DNA of 64,000 bases from Calcarisporiella thermophila CBS 279.70 (lineage: Eukaryota > Fungi > Calcarisporiellomycota), in NCBI RefSeq assembly GCF_041956535.1, contig NW_027192197.1:631829-695828 (forward strand), in the 5' to 3' direction. A program made the translations under genes and the position numbers. The notes under the pieces were generated by a model. It saw only the letters and a program-made list of their open reading frames with translations, did no database searches and was not told the DNA's origin. Shown in pieces: positions 13,904 to 27,330 of this stretch; position 1 is the stretch's first letter, and each line of letters opens with the position of its first letter.

Positions 13904-14125
13904 ATGTCTGGCAATAACCCAACTAACGCTGGCTACTACTACCAGGATCAATATGGCCAGATGCATTATTATGCCTACCAACCAACAACTCAACCAACGC
14001 AGTCCTATCCTCAACAGTATCATCCTTCTATCAATCAAACCCAACATCCAAACACAGTTCGTTCCCAACAAGGAGCACAAATTGCACGCGAGCTTGAACG
14101 TCGCAAACAACGGAATTGGCTATAA
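13904..14125 (+). CDS. Putative 73-aa Q/Y/N/P-rich microprotein
   Basis: Context caaacATG, upstream TATAAAAAG (13725-13733), downstream AATAAA and AT-rich 3' region, biased composition. No recognisable domain. Confidence 0.5.
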   Translation: MSGNNPTNAGYYYQDQYGQMHYYAYQPTTQPTQSYPQQYHPSINQTQHPNTVRSQQGAQIARELERRKQRNWL

Positions 14126-15802
14126 TTGTTCAACCCTGAATAGTCTATTTTAACTTATTACCATTATTTCGTTTTAGTTTGATTATTAATTTTCCTCGGC
14201 ATATATTTACCTTATTTGTATTTCAATGATCTTATTACTCAACAGACGCTATAAATAAAACTTCGAAATATTTATTGAAGGTTTACATGCAATGAAATAG
14301 TTATATTTAAATTCATTTACATAGAGTTAGTATAGCGCTGTATCTATTTGAGCTATATTGTAAAGGCAGAGACTGTTGATATAAATATATATTCACGAGG
14401 GTAATTTTAGTCAAAACTGATGATTTATTGTAGAATTACATAATTTGTAATTTGAAATACTGAAAAAAAAAATGAAGATTAGGAACTTATTGTTATCGTC
14501 ACCAGTGGAGAAATATTATGGTAAAATCAAAATGTCCGGAAAAATTATATTCTTTCGTTTTTGTATCCCTTTCATATCAATAACTATCAGTTACACTGTT
14601 GATTGACTAATTAATGCTACCATACCAAGAGCTCAGAAATGCAACATGATTTCAATAATACACAAGCCTAAATTACTTCTGATAATATTATATTCCAAAG
14701 ATTGATTGAAAACAGTGCAATGCGAAATGAAGGTCAAAATTTAAACTATATTTTAAAACCGATCAAGACCTTTATTCGGTAAGAAAAAATGTATAAACTC
14801 AGCAGGAAGGATGATATTTATACCCGTCTTTTGGAGTGACTATACACAATTTCGATATGTTTCTGCTCAACTCTTTGCTAGGCGATTTTTCATTTCTCAG
14901 ATTCTCCGGGGTAAAAATTTGGGATCCGACCTCTATTAATAGAAGCTCTTCCTCCACAATAAATGTTAATATACCCCTTACTGAAATTTGCTGAAATAGG
15001 AAAGAGATCTAGAAGTCTAGACAAAAGTTAGAGATTTAATCATCAAGTTTACGATACTCAGGAATGATATTTTGTTATAAGGCACTGTAAATTATTTATG
15101 TTTAATCGATAATTATGAGAAAAATTACCATTTGCAATTGGATTCCGCATTCGTGCATAGGGTTCCTTATGTTTTGTATGTTTTTGCAAGTAAAACCTGA
15201 GAGTTATTCGAAGTTTGGTTTTACATTTTGTAGAGATTTGTCATTATCTAATATAAATTCACCAACCATATCTACTCATTCTATCATAAAACTTTGATTC
15301 CTGATCAACCTAGAAATAACACAATGCGATATTTTCTGGGAAGAAGTCTAGTCATTCAAGAGGCAATGTCAATTAAGATGGAGATTCATATTAAGTCTTC
15401 AGGCAAATTTTGCTAGATTTGAATTGCTCATCGAGGAATGCCGAAGAAAAGATATACTACTTGAAAAAAAAGCATTCCCACTTGATTGATGAATTATAAT
15501 TCATCTCTGTTTGCAATCTTTCTATATCACAGTGATAGATTTCATTCACCTTATAATCAGTGGATGATTGACCAAAATTAAAACCGAAGTGTTTGAATTA
15601 TTGGGCAATGCGAAGAATCAGAAACTTCAAAATGAAAAACCAAGTCCAACCGAAACCAAACTAGGATATTTTTTTAAAAAATAAGGGGTAATTAATGCTT
15701 AATTCGCGTAGGTGGCTGAAGGTAAAGGTGGATTAATATAAGTAGCAGTTGCACTTATTATCATCGTCAATTTCTAAAAATTTCAACCACTTTCCGTATA
15801 TA

Positions 15803-18800
15803 ATGCCTTTGTTAACTTCCTCGAAAGGTAACGGAGGTACCAATTATATTGAACTCTCAAATCGCGAGGAAGCTACGCATTCTCCACAATCCCCAAATGT
15901 TGGCCAAGATTCCGAGTTAAGAGTGGATGATCACCAGTTATTGGTTGAACAATATGTCGATTCAGTAGATGCGAGATTAAATTACTCCCCACGATCAAGT
16001 ATCGATTCCAAGGAAAGCCTAGAAACTTCAGAATTAGTGATTCCTCCACAGCAGTCTAGTTTGGGCAATTCTATGGAGGAAAGCGGGAACATCGAGTTCT
16101 GGCCGCCTACTGAATTACTTGAGGTTGTATTCGATCTATTATATTTAATTGTATTATGGATTCTAACGGATGAATTATTCCCCACTTAATTCAATGCATT
16201 TTCCTCGGTGTCTTTGGATTTTATATTTTCGCAATTATGTTCTTGATGGTAATACTTCAGAAATCAAACCAAGGCAAGTGGTTTTCTTGCATCGTGTTAT
16301 CCGCCGTTTCCGCCGTTTGGGCAGTAGCGGCAGTAATGTTGATGGTTTACGGTGCTGGTAATAGTTTATTAATTCTATTCTTCCTCTTCTTTTTATTTCA
16401 ACACTTAAAGGGACGTATATAAATCTATTCTTTTTCGTGTTGGAATAATTTGGAGAAGAGGGAGCTCTTTTTGTTTGGTAAGAGTAGTGGGTTTAAAACA
16501 AGTCTTTCATATCTATTTTTTATTACAGGTTCAAATTCTGGAGTAGCGCGACTACAGTCAATTGCGTTAAGAGAGCGAATCGAATTTGAAGATATATTCA
16601 ACAAAACACTAAAGCCGAAGCATTATAATATTCGGTGGGAAGACGATGGTAACTGGATACATGAAACTATTTCGAAACGCTTTTCATTCTTGAATCTTTG
16701 TCTTTTTCACCTTTAGCAAACGATGAGCTTTACTCTTATCAGGACTCATATGGGAATATCATAATGGCTAATGCCGCAGACGGAAAAAAGGAAATATACC
16801 TTAAGGCCTCTGATATTGTGATTATTTCTCGAATTTTTATAAAACTTCCTAGAAATTCATCCTCTGTCTTGTTCTTATTAGATGTTCAATGGTCTTCCAT
16901 TAAAATACTCAGACTATTCGATATCCCCCGATAAGCTTTATATATTATTTGCGACAAATCGAACAAAGGTCAGTACACTTCCCTATACTTCCTATTCTAA
17001 ATCTACAAGGACTAATTTTTACTGGGAATTGGCAGAATTGGAGACATTCCTTCTTCGCTAATTATTTCGTGTATGATACGCAAACTTCCGAAATGCATTC
17101 TCTATTATCAACACATGATCTCTATAACGTATCTTCAAAACCACCAATACAATACTGTGCGTGGAGTCCTACTGGCCACAGCTTGGTAAATTTCGATCAA
17201 TACGCTTGATTATTAAAATATTAATTTCTGACTTACCACTGCACCCTCTCTTTATAGGTTTATGTAAAGGATAATGACATTTTTCTTCGTCATGATTTTG
17301 TTACGGAGTATCGACTCACCGACGATGGCTCCGACGCTATTTTTAATGGAGTACCAGATTGGATTTATGAAGGTGAGTACTGAGTAACAGATATATAATA
17401 TATATACTATATTTTATGGCTATCTACATTTGCTCACTCGTTTCTCACATTTTTACTTTGTTAGAGGAAATTCTTTCTAGCAACTCGGCCCTCTGGTGGT
17501 CTCCTGATTCAACGCGGCTCGCATTTTTGCGCTTCGACGATACACTGGTTCCAGAATACAAATACCCTCTGTATCTGAATGGCCGCTCGTATCCTGATGA
17601 GTTAAAGCAGCGATATCCTAAAGTAGGCGCCTCTAGCCCAATAGTATCTCTCTATGTCTACGAGCTTGGAAAAGATAAACCCATACCGGTAGAAATACTG
17701 GATGCACCCCCAGATGACCGGGTTATTACAGAAGTTATTTGGGCTCCTGAAGGGCACAACTACTTGATGTTCAAGATGACGAACAGGATCCAGGATTGGA
17801 GTAGGACAGTGCTTGTGGACATCAATGATAAATTCAAAGCAAAGGTGGTTAGAGAATATAAAGTGCCTGAGGGATGGATTGAGCCCGAGCGTTGGATCAC
17901 ATTCGTACCTCTCCCAAAACAGAAGAAAAATGAGCCCATACCTCCAGCTACATATATAGATATTGTAGAGGTTGGGGGGTATAACCACTTGGGATTATTT
18001 AATTCGCTAGATGCTTCTGAACCTGCAGTGTTATTAACAAGTGGCGAATGGGAAGTAGTTGGACCACCTCTGTGGATCGACACCAAGAAAAAGTTGGTCT
18101 ATTATCTCTCAACTGAAAAAAATTCAACCGAGCGGCATCTCTATTCTGTCACAATGGACGGCAAAACCCGCACTCCCCTAACCAACATAACAACTTCCGG
18201 GTATTATGATGCCAGTTTCTCTCGAAGAGGTGGGTACTATATGCTAGATTACCAAGGCCCAGGTGTGCCGTACCAGGCGATTGTAAAAGTAGATGGAACG
18301 AATCCCTATGAGCATATGTTGGAAGACAATCATGAACTTTGGTATGCATTATCAAACATTGCACTTCCTACAAAACGATATACCATCGTGCAAAGTGAAG
18401 ATTATGGTAGGTGCTCATAATTTTCGATTTGCCTTTTTTTAAGAGCAAATAATTCTTGCTCATTAACATTTATTATTATAGATCTGAATGCCGTTGAAGT
18501 CTTGCCTCCAGATTTCGATGTACGGAAAAAATATCCTGTCCTCTTTAGAGTGTAAGTCAATCTTTTTATTGTAAGCGAATAATCAGATTAAAAAAAAATG
18601 AATATCTATTAATATCAACCAGGTACGGAGGACCTAATTCGCAACTTGTATCGCACAAATGGTCATTGGATTGGCATGCCTATCTTGCATCAAATTTAAG
18701 CTACATAGTGGTAATGGTGGACGGGAGAGGCACAGGTTGCAAAGGACACAAGTTCCGACAAACAGTTGCAAAGCGTTTGGGAGAACTGGAAACAGTGGAC

Positions 18801-19517
18801 GTGATAAATGCTGGGCGACATTGGGCAAGTTTACCGTATGTTGATTCGGAAGCGATGGCCATTTGGGGCTGGTCATATGGGGGCTATTTGACAAGTAAAG
18901 TTATTGAAGCCAACACTGGGGTATTTCGAGCTGGTATAGCCATAGCTCCGGTGACGGATTGGCGACTCTACAGTATGTAGATCTTAATTGAAACAATTCA
19001 CCTATGCATCTTTAGAGATTGACCAAATTTTCCCCTTAAGACTCATTTTACACAGAGAGATACATGAAGTCACCACAAATGAATCCCGATGGCTACAATA
19101 AGAGCGCGGTGACGAATATGTCAGGGTTTGCAAATGCAAGCTTTTTACTGGTTCATGGTACAGCAGATGGTAAGTAAAACAGGATCTATTTCTGAAGCCA
19201 CCCTGTGGTCTAAAGTATTTTTTTTAGATAATGTCCACTTTCAGAATACAGTTTTGCTTGTCGACCGGCTTACACAGGCACGGGTGCATACCTACCGTGT
19301 GCAATTTTTCGCGGATAGCAATCATCTCATTAACACAGGAGGGAATACACAACGTGAACTATATTACTTAATGACACGTCAACTCTGGGAGGCCTTTGGC
19401 GGAGCAGAGGGAGAAAGTCGGAGAAACCCATCTACTTCACAAGCAACTCTATTAAAAATAGAAGGCTATCGAAATCGGAGAAGAAAGAGAGAAGAAACAG
19501 GAAGTTGGATCTTATAG
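15803..19517 (+). CDS. Type II membrane dipeptidyl aminopeptidase (DPP IV family, S9B; Ste13/Dap2-like), many exons
   Basis: Single TM helix at about 16280-16355; 'WRHSFFANY', '[12 protein letters not shown]', 'ALWWSPDS'; catalytic GWSYGG, 'HGTADDNVHFQN', 'DSNH'. Confidence 0.93.
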
Positions 19518-21533
19518 CATTGCTATCTATGTACTCATTGGGAAACTATGGACGCTTTTTGTTGTTTATTTTGTTTTTATTGGAGGCTTGTTATTAAAAG
19601 ATAAATAAGTTTACTGCGCTCATTCCTGCTTTCGTAACCCTTCTTCACTTGTTCTTTCGCTGAAACTTTGTGAATTTATCACTTTTGCTCAACTCGCTTC
19701 ATTCTGTTCATCTCCGTCAAGGAGCCACAAGAAAAAAAATATAGTATTTAAGTTTACTTTATTTAAGCTATCCATATTTATTAAACAAGTGTCTAAATTA
19801 TTGTTCTGTAAATAGAGTTTATAGTTGGCTACAATAGAACAATAGAAAGAGTTTCACGCTATAGTAAAATAATTGAGCCCAAATTCCAACGGGGCTTTTC
19901 AACTAAAGTATAGAATCATACTGATATTCACTTATTTTAAGTTGAATATTCATGGACTGAAATGGGGAATAACTGGATATACTTCATTGTCGTTTGATAT
20001 GAGAAACAGGTTATGGTTGCTTTTTGAGCTTGCTGAGGTATGGTTCGATTTAATCCAATGCAACACTTTTTGACGCACTACATTCAGCATGACGACTCCT
20101 CCATAATGCTCAGATATATCCAAATCTAGCTCTCTTTACACTGCATTACACTGCATTTTATGTTGGCAAACTGGCTCTCCTATATCATGCCACCGGGACT
20201 TGACCTTTTTTTACGCGTTTTTTTACTGAATAATATTGCTCTAAAAAGACATAATTTGCATTATCAATAGCCAAGATAAATCCTGTTGTCCCAACGAAAT
20301 GCAAAAAGTTTGGCCATGGGCCCTCTATTAAATATTTAATTAACATCCACTAATAATAATGTAGAAGCAGAGAATTGTTCAGCGCATATTTGCTCACTAA
20401 AGGTGCATTTTTTAAAATCTGCGTAAAAGCTCCCCTCAAATACAAATGTAGCCAATTTTCCTCTCTTCATCCTCCTCCCTCCCCGCCGTTACACTGTTCT
20501 GAGGGTCCCCTTGTCCAAGTGCTATTTAGATTTGTCTGACTTCTTTTTGGAATTAACTAACCGATTCAGGGAAATTGTCTTCACTCTCACTAGGATAGAG
20601 TTAGGTTTGTGATGGAAACACCGATTAAAGAAGAAAATAGAATTTGTATGTTTCGCAATCTCTTTGTGGAAGAGCATTGCAAATAGAAGGGAAACGAGCA
20701 CATGTAAGAGCAGAGATGGAGAACTCAGATATTGAAGCTAGATTAAAATCACCGGGCCGTATTTTAGGGTGGACGACTTTCCACTACTTGGGAAAAATTG
20801 GATATAATAAAATGCGTGGGAACTATTGCAGGTGTAAAAAAGGGTTTCACGTTCTTCAGATCCTTGTTGGTCGAGGAGCAGCGCCCAGTTGTACCCTTTA
20901 GTTAGCCATTGTGGAGCATTGTGACCTGGTTAAGAAAGGTCTTTCGCATATTTTGTGGGCAGAGATGTTTATATCGGCATATCCGTACCGATCGTACTCG
21001 TGTTTTGAGAATAGATAATAGAAACCTTTGAATAAAAAAAACAGAATGAAAGGGATAGAAAACTAGTGTTTTTACACAGAAATGAGTGTTTGGAATTCCC
21101 TAAGGCGATATTTGTCCCTCAATTCTCTACATCTTGTTCACTAGTACTGGTACTATAGGATTTGAATTCTAACAGTTACTTCAGACTTCCTCTTACAATT
21201 TTAGAATTGAGAGCTTATTTTTTTTTTCCTCTCTTCTGATAGTTTGTATGGGTGATTCTTGAAACTGATTAAATGGGACCACCGAATTATATTGTGCAAG
21301 AGTCTAAATAAAATTAAGGGACGAATAAAGAGCCGCGAGAGCAGTGACAGGGAGCAGCCGTTTCCGTGGGATTATGAATATTCATACGCTTTAAATTGCA
21401 TAAATACTTTCTCGCTTGCTTATGTTTCCATTTCTTTTCTTTCTCTAATTTTTTTCTACACTTTTTCTTTCCTTTCCTATGTATTCAATTGTTTTCATAT
21501 AAGAATAATATATTCATATATTCATATGACAAA

Positions 21534-22390
21534 ATGGTAGGTAAACTTCGCGGTTTATTATCATCGGTGTGCCTAATATATATCCAGATCTATATCCACA
21601 TCTAACATTCTTATTGTTTACCATGGCAGCCGCGTATATTTTCTCCAGTAATTCTCTATCATGACGATCCCAAGAGTAACATTAATAATTTGTACACACA
21701 TATTCACGATTCAGCAATCCGTCTCCACCGCAAACACGTCAACAGCATGTTCAAAACGAATGGAGCATTGTGGGCTGCTATAATACGAGAAGCAAAAGGT
21801 GGGTAGTTTTGCATACCTAGAAAGTTATCAAGTGGTTAACGGAGATGCTTTATTCCTGCAGCTAGTCCTTCCTCATTTTCTCGCCAACCATCTCCAAGAA
21901 AGACGCCAGAGCCCGAACTGTTTCTTGCCCACCCTTCTCTATCTTCTTCTCCATCCTCTGAGGCTTCTACAAGTTCCCTTTCCATGGAACCTGAGCCACC
22001 TCTCGCTCTTTCTCTTCTTCTAACCCCCACTCATACTCCGCAACCTCCCCGTATCTCTCGCTCTCGCCGGGCAAATCTCCCCAAAACCAGTATAAATATC
22101 TTGAGAGTTTGGCTGGAAAACCATGAAAAAAATCCATATCCAACTGATGAAGAAAAACATATATTAGCGTGGCGAACTAACCTTACTTTCATGCAAGTCT
22201 CCAATTGGTTTGTGAACGCGCGACGACGTATCTTGCGCCCACGTCTGAAAAATAGATCGTCTAAATATCAACGTTCATTGCGATGTAGGTTCAATTTCTT
22301 TCCTGTTTTTCATGCCATAAATATTTTAGGCATTTACCCTTAACTTCTTCTCATTCCTAAGTAGCTGGAGAGTCCAAAATCTCAGCTTGA
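21534..22390 (+). CDS. TALE-class homeodomain transcription factor (Cup9/TGIF-like)
   Basis: Homeodomain 'RRANLPKTSINILRVWLENHEKNPYPTDEEK...QVSNWFVNARRR' with the PYP loop. Inferred exons 21534-21536, 21630-21798, 21862-22284, 22365-22390; terminal exons are less certain. Confidence 0.85.
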
Positions 22391-23361
22391 ATATTAATAG
22401 TGCTCAATACAAAGAGTTTTTAAATTTTTAAGGAAAAGTTGTCGTTTGTAATATTCTTGCTTGTAAATAAAATTTTACGCGGTTAGTTTTTCTCTCTTAT
22501 TAAAATGTGGATAGAGCCGTTATGAAATTCGCATACTATCTCTACTCCTCACCCTCGCTTAACGCTATATTATTTCTGGATACAATAATCAACAAAACGT
22601 GCAAAATAAATAAAAGATAAATATGAGCAGATGGCTATCTAATCACTCATTAAATGTTAAATACAGACATGTAGCATCTTAATTTAGGGATCAAGTAGTT
22701 GTAAAGAATGGACAATGAATTTCGCTAGTACAACTCGGAGAGAATCACGTTTTCATTTCATTTTGCAAATATCGATTTCGTTAAGTCATTTAGCATAGCA
22801 AATGGCAATATTTGAAGTAAATCAAAATGACTACATGTAGAAGCATCTAAAAGTAAATTAGGATGATATCTAGAGAAAAAATTGCAGCAATCTCAGCAAT
22901 CAAAGGGTTGTAAAAAAGCTTATAGTGAGTGAAGTAGATAATAGCAGATTTATTTTAAAACGGGTAGCTTCCCAAAATAAGGCAAAGGGGATCTTTCGAT
23001 TTGATTTGGATAAATTTCACTCTTTGAAATTCAGTACAAACAAACGAGATAAAAAAGTGGACATCGCGAACTTCGAACGATAAATTGAATACAATTACTA
23101 CTACCTACAAAAATAATACCTCTTTTATACAAGTGAGGTAGGTTCATATATTCTTTTTCCGTTTTGTCTATTTTTGTTTTATTCTTGGTATTTTTCTTAA
23201 TTTTCTTCGAGATGATATGTGCTATATTGGATCATCTATTAATTATTTTTGTGATGGATTTTTAAACAGAGTCTATTGAGGATTGCTCTGTGCATTACAT
23301 CTGGTATTCGTATTCCTTGTTCCCTAACTACATACAGAGGTATTGGCACATTTTTTTAAGC

Positions 23362-26300
23362 ATGGATTGGAAACCGCAAGAACAAGGTCTCGCAGAGCTC
23401 TTGCAGCTACTCAGACTAGCTGTTAGCCCATCCAATGAGCAACAGCCCGAAGTACAACAAGTGAGTACACTTTATAGCTTGACCCATCTTTCACACCCCA
23501 TCTCCTTTCACCTTCTCCCATCTTCTCTCCTCCTTCTATACACAATTAATTCCTTCAATTTCTGAGTTTTTTTTATGGTTTTCAATTGTTTTTGCAATCA
23601 TTAACAACTAATTTGTCGGTTAGAAACTTGATTCTTTCAACAAGATTCCAGACTACAACAATTACCTCGCTTACATCCTCACCCAAATGCCCCAAGAGGA
23701 ACCTTCAATGCGCTCTATTGCTGGATTAGTGCTCAAGAATAATATTCGCTTGCATCTCTCTGAGATGCGGCAAGATGTGATTGAGTATATCAAAACAGTA
23801 TGCTTACAGTCAATTGGTGATACGGACCCAGCTGTCCGTGGCACCATTTCAATTGTAGTTACAAATCTTGTCTCGCGAATTGGTGTTGCAAATTGGCCAG
23901 AGGTGTTGAACTCACTAATGGCGCTTCTAGATAACACGAACTTGAATGTGGTAGAGGTACGAATATTAATGTATTTACCCTAGACTTTCAACTTGATAAT
24001 TAAGCATATTTTTCTTCCTCATCCATGACTCTTATAGGGAGCTTTAAGCACATTGCAAAAGATATGTGAGGACTCAACACGCGACCTTGACCAAGAGTAC
24101 AATGGAGTCCGCCCTCTTAACTACATGATTCCCAAGTTTGTCAGCTTTTTTGACTCGCCTAATGATAGATTGCGCGTACTCGCGCTTCGTTGCGTTAACC
24201 AATTTATCTACACCCGTTCACAATCACTCAATGATAATATCGACGTATATGTTAGTGCACTTTTCAAGCGAGCAACAGATCATAGCCCTGAAGTACGTGT
24301 GCAGGTGTGTCAGGCACTTGTCGGGCTTATTGAAGTGCGACCAGACAAGCTCGCGCCAGAATTCAACAACGTCGTCGAATACATGCTCTATTCAACCCAA
24401 GATCAGGAAGACGAGGTTGCACTTGAAGCATGTGAATTTTGGCTTGCCATTGCGGAGCAAGAAGAATTGCGGGAGCACCTGCGGCCTTATCTCCCTCGAA
24501 TTATTCCAGTACTCTTGCGTGGAATGGTGTATAGCGAGATGGACCTGTTGAATTTGGGAGATGATGAAGACAATGCTAATGTACCAGATCGTGAGGAGGA
24601 CATCAAACCCAGGCACCATCAATCGAAGGAACGTGGAACTGAACGTCCTGAAGAAGAAGGAGAGGCTCAGCAGCAACAGCAGGTAGAAGATGACGAGGAT
24701 GACGAGGACGAGGACGATGATTTATACGATGAAGATGAAGAAGATTTCGAATGGACTCTTCGCAAATGCTCTGCTGCGGCCCTCGATGTGTTAGCCACTG
24801 TATTCCACAACCAGTTGCTCGAGGTGCTACTACCTTTGCTGAAAGATGAGCTGTTCCATCAAGACTGGAGGCATCGTGAATGTGGGATTTTGGCATTGGG
24901 CGCCGTATCCGAGGGATGCATGGATGGTATTGAGCCACATCTGAAAGATCTAGTGCCCTACTTAATTCAAAGTCTAAATGACGCTAAGGTAGTTAAAAGC
25001 CTAAGGATAATGTTGAAATGATCCGATTTTTATTAAATTAATTGATGTAAACTCTGATATTGTTAGCCACTTGTGCGCTCTATTACTTGCTGGACTCTTG
25101 GTCGTTACTCTCGCTGGTGTGTGGCCAAAGCTGCGGATCCGGAGGGCCGTCAGAAATATTTCGAGCCCCTTCTCGAAGGCTTGCTTCGCATGGTGCTTGA
25201 TAACAATAAGCGCGTACAGGAGGCAGGATGCAGTGCTTTTGCAACTCTTGAAGAAGAGGCAACGAAGGAGCTTATCCCTTACCTTGATCCTATTTTGCGC
25301 AATCTCGTATTTGCATTCAACAAGTATCAGCAAAAGAACCTGCTCATTCTCTATGATGCGATCGGCACATTAGCCGAATCAGTGGGGCCTGCACTCGCCA
25401 AAAAGGAGTATATTGAAATGTTGATGCCTCCTCTGATAGAGAAATGGAATCAGGTCGCGGACGATGACACTGACCTCTTCCCTTTGCTGGAAAGTCTTGC
25501 TGCCATTACAGCAGCACTTGGCCTGGGATTCCAACCGTTTGCGCCCCCAGTATTCGATCGTTGCGTGAAATTGGTTCACTCTAACCTTGTGCAACGCCAA
25601 ATGTATCAACAAAATCCCAATATTGTCAACGAGCCCGATATGGACTTTGTCACAGTTGCACTCGATCTTTTGAGCGGACTCGCACAAGGCCTTGGCACAA
25701 GTATAGAAAGTTTGGTTGCCGGGAGTCAACTCTTGCAGCTACTGCCGCCTTGCTTCACAGATCCAGTGCCCGATGTGCGTCAATCCGCATTTGCTCTTTT
25801 GGGCGACTTGGCCGCTAGCTGCTTTGCACACCTGAAACCATTCCTTCCACAGTGGCTACCGATCATAATATCCCAGATCGATCCGAATGGAGACCAGACA
25901 TCCGTGTGTAATAACGCAACATGGGCTACTGGCGAAATTGCGATACAATGGGGTAATTAGAAAATATCATTTAACCTTCGGGGCTTGTTTATACCTAAAA
26001 TTGCTAATATGTATATTATTGATTTTTCTTCCATATTTTCCTAGGACCTGAAATTCAGCCCTATGTTCAACCTCTCCTCGAACGTCTAATTCCATTGCTA
26101 ACCAATCCTCAGCGCCCACCAACGCTTCTTGAAAATGCTGCAATTACCCTCGGCCGCCTCGGTCTCGTGGTTCCACAGCTAGTCTCTCCACACCTGGTTG
26201 TCTTTTTCGAGCATTGGTGTAATGCGCTCCGCCCAGTTCGAGAAAACGATGAAAAAGCTTCTGCTTTCCGTGGCATGTGCACTCTCATCCAGGCGAATCC

Positions 26301-26505
26301 TGAAGCAGTCCTAAAGACGCCTCAAGGTCTCAACTTCCTTCTCGAAGCTGTGGCTAGCTGGGAACAGCCTTCTTCTGAGCTACATGAAAAAATGCGCGGA
26401 ATTGTGCAGGGATACAAGCAAATGATGGCGGCGAATTGGGACGGATATGCCCAGCGATTGCCACCTGCACTTTTCCAGGTACTTCAGGAACGATATGGTA
26501 TCTAG
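23362..26505 (+). CDS. KAP104: Transportin-1 / importin beta-2
   Basis: '[10 protein letters not shown]', 'VALEACEFW', acidic H8 loop, '[15 protein letters not shown]', '[13 protein letters not shown]', '[13 protein letters not shown]'; five exons. Confidence 0.95.
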
Positions 26506-27330
26506 AGTTCGAGTTTTAAATGGACCAATGGGGTTTTTATACACTTTTTCTTTCGATTCTTTTTTGTTTTAGAATAATCAGTAATTATCAATAAACAGAT
26601 AATCGGAAAACTTCTATTTTGTCCTTTTTGATATTTTTTTTCTCTTGTTAATCCTTTTTATTCCTTTTTATTTTTATTTTCTTCTCCCCTCCTCCCCCCC
26701 ACGCACAATTCTAAACTGGCTCCCTTCTAAAAAAATATATCATTTATATTTCTATTATTTCATGAAACACTCTATGGCTAAATATAAGAGTTGATGCTGC
26801 GAGTCTAGTCTATTTAATATAAATAAGATCACGTAACTGATAGGATTGGAGTTGTCTGGCTTGAAAGTTTGGATTTAAGAGTTCCCAAGAAATAGACATA
26901 TCAAACTATGAATATTACAATAAAAGAGCCCAACTCATGGTCTAGGAGAAGTAAAGAGCCATAATACTTGATAACCATTAAATAACACCGGAGCTGAGCG
27001 TGAACAAAGTTTTGCTTAGAATGACCACACAATTTTAAACCAGAACAACCATATCTCAATAATAAGTAAACTAAATTCCTACTTTCCTTAGCGTCGCGAC
27101 CAAGAAATGAGAGTGCTGTATGCTTTTGCGGGTTAATGGGGGAGATGTATTAGATAGGGAGAATTAACAAGAATGCCATTTTGGAAGGAGCCATTGACCA
27201 CTAGGGTTCATAGGCTAAGCGATGCTTATAAAGTACAACATTTCGCAGAAATATATACTGGATATATGTAGATATATATAGAAATAAATATATATATGCG
27301 TATGAAAATAAAATGAAACCAAGTAAGCTT

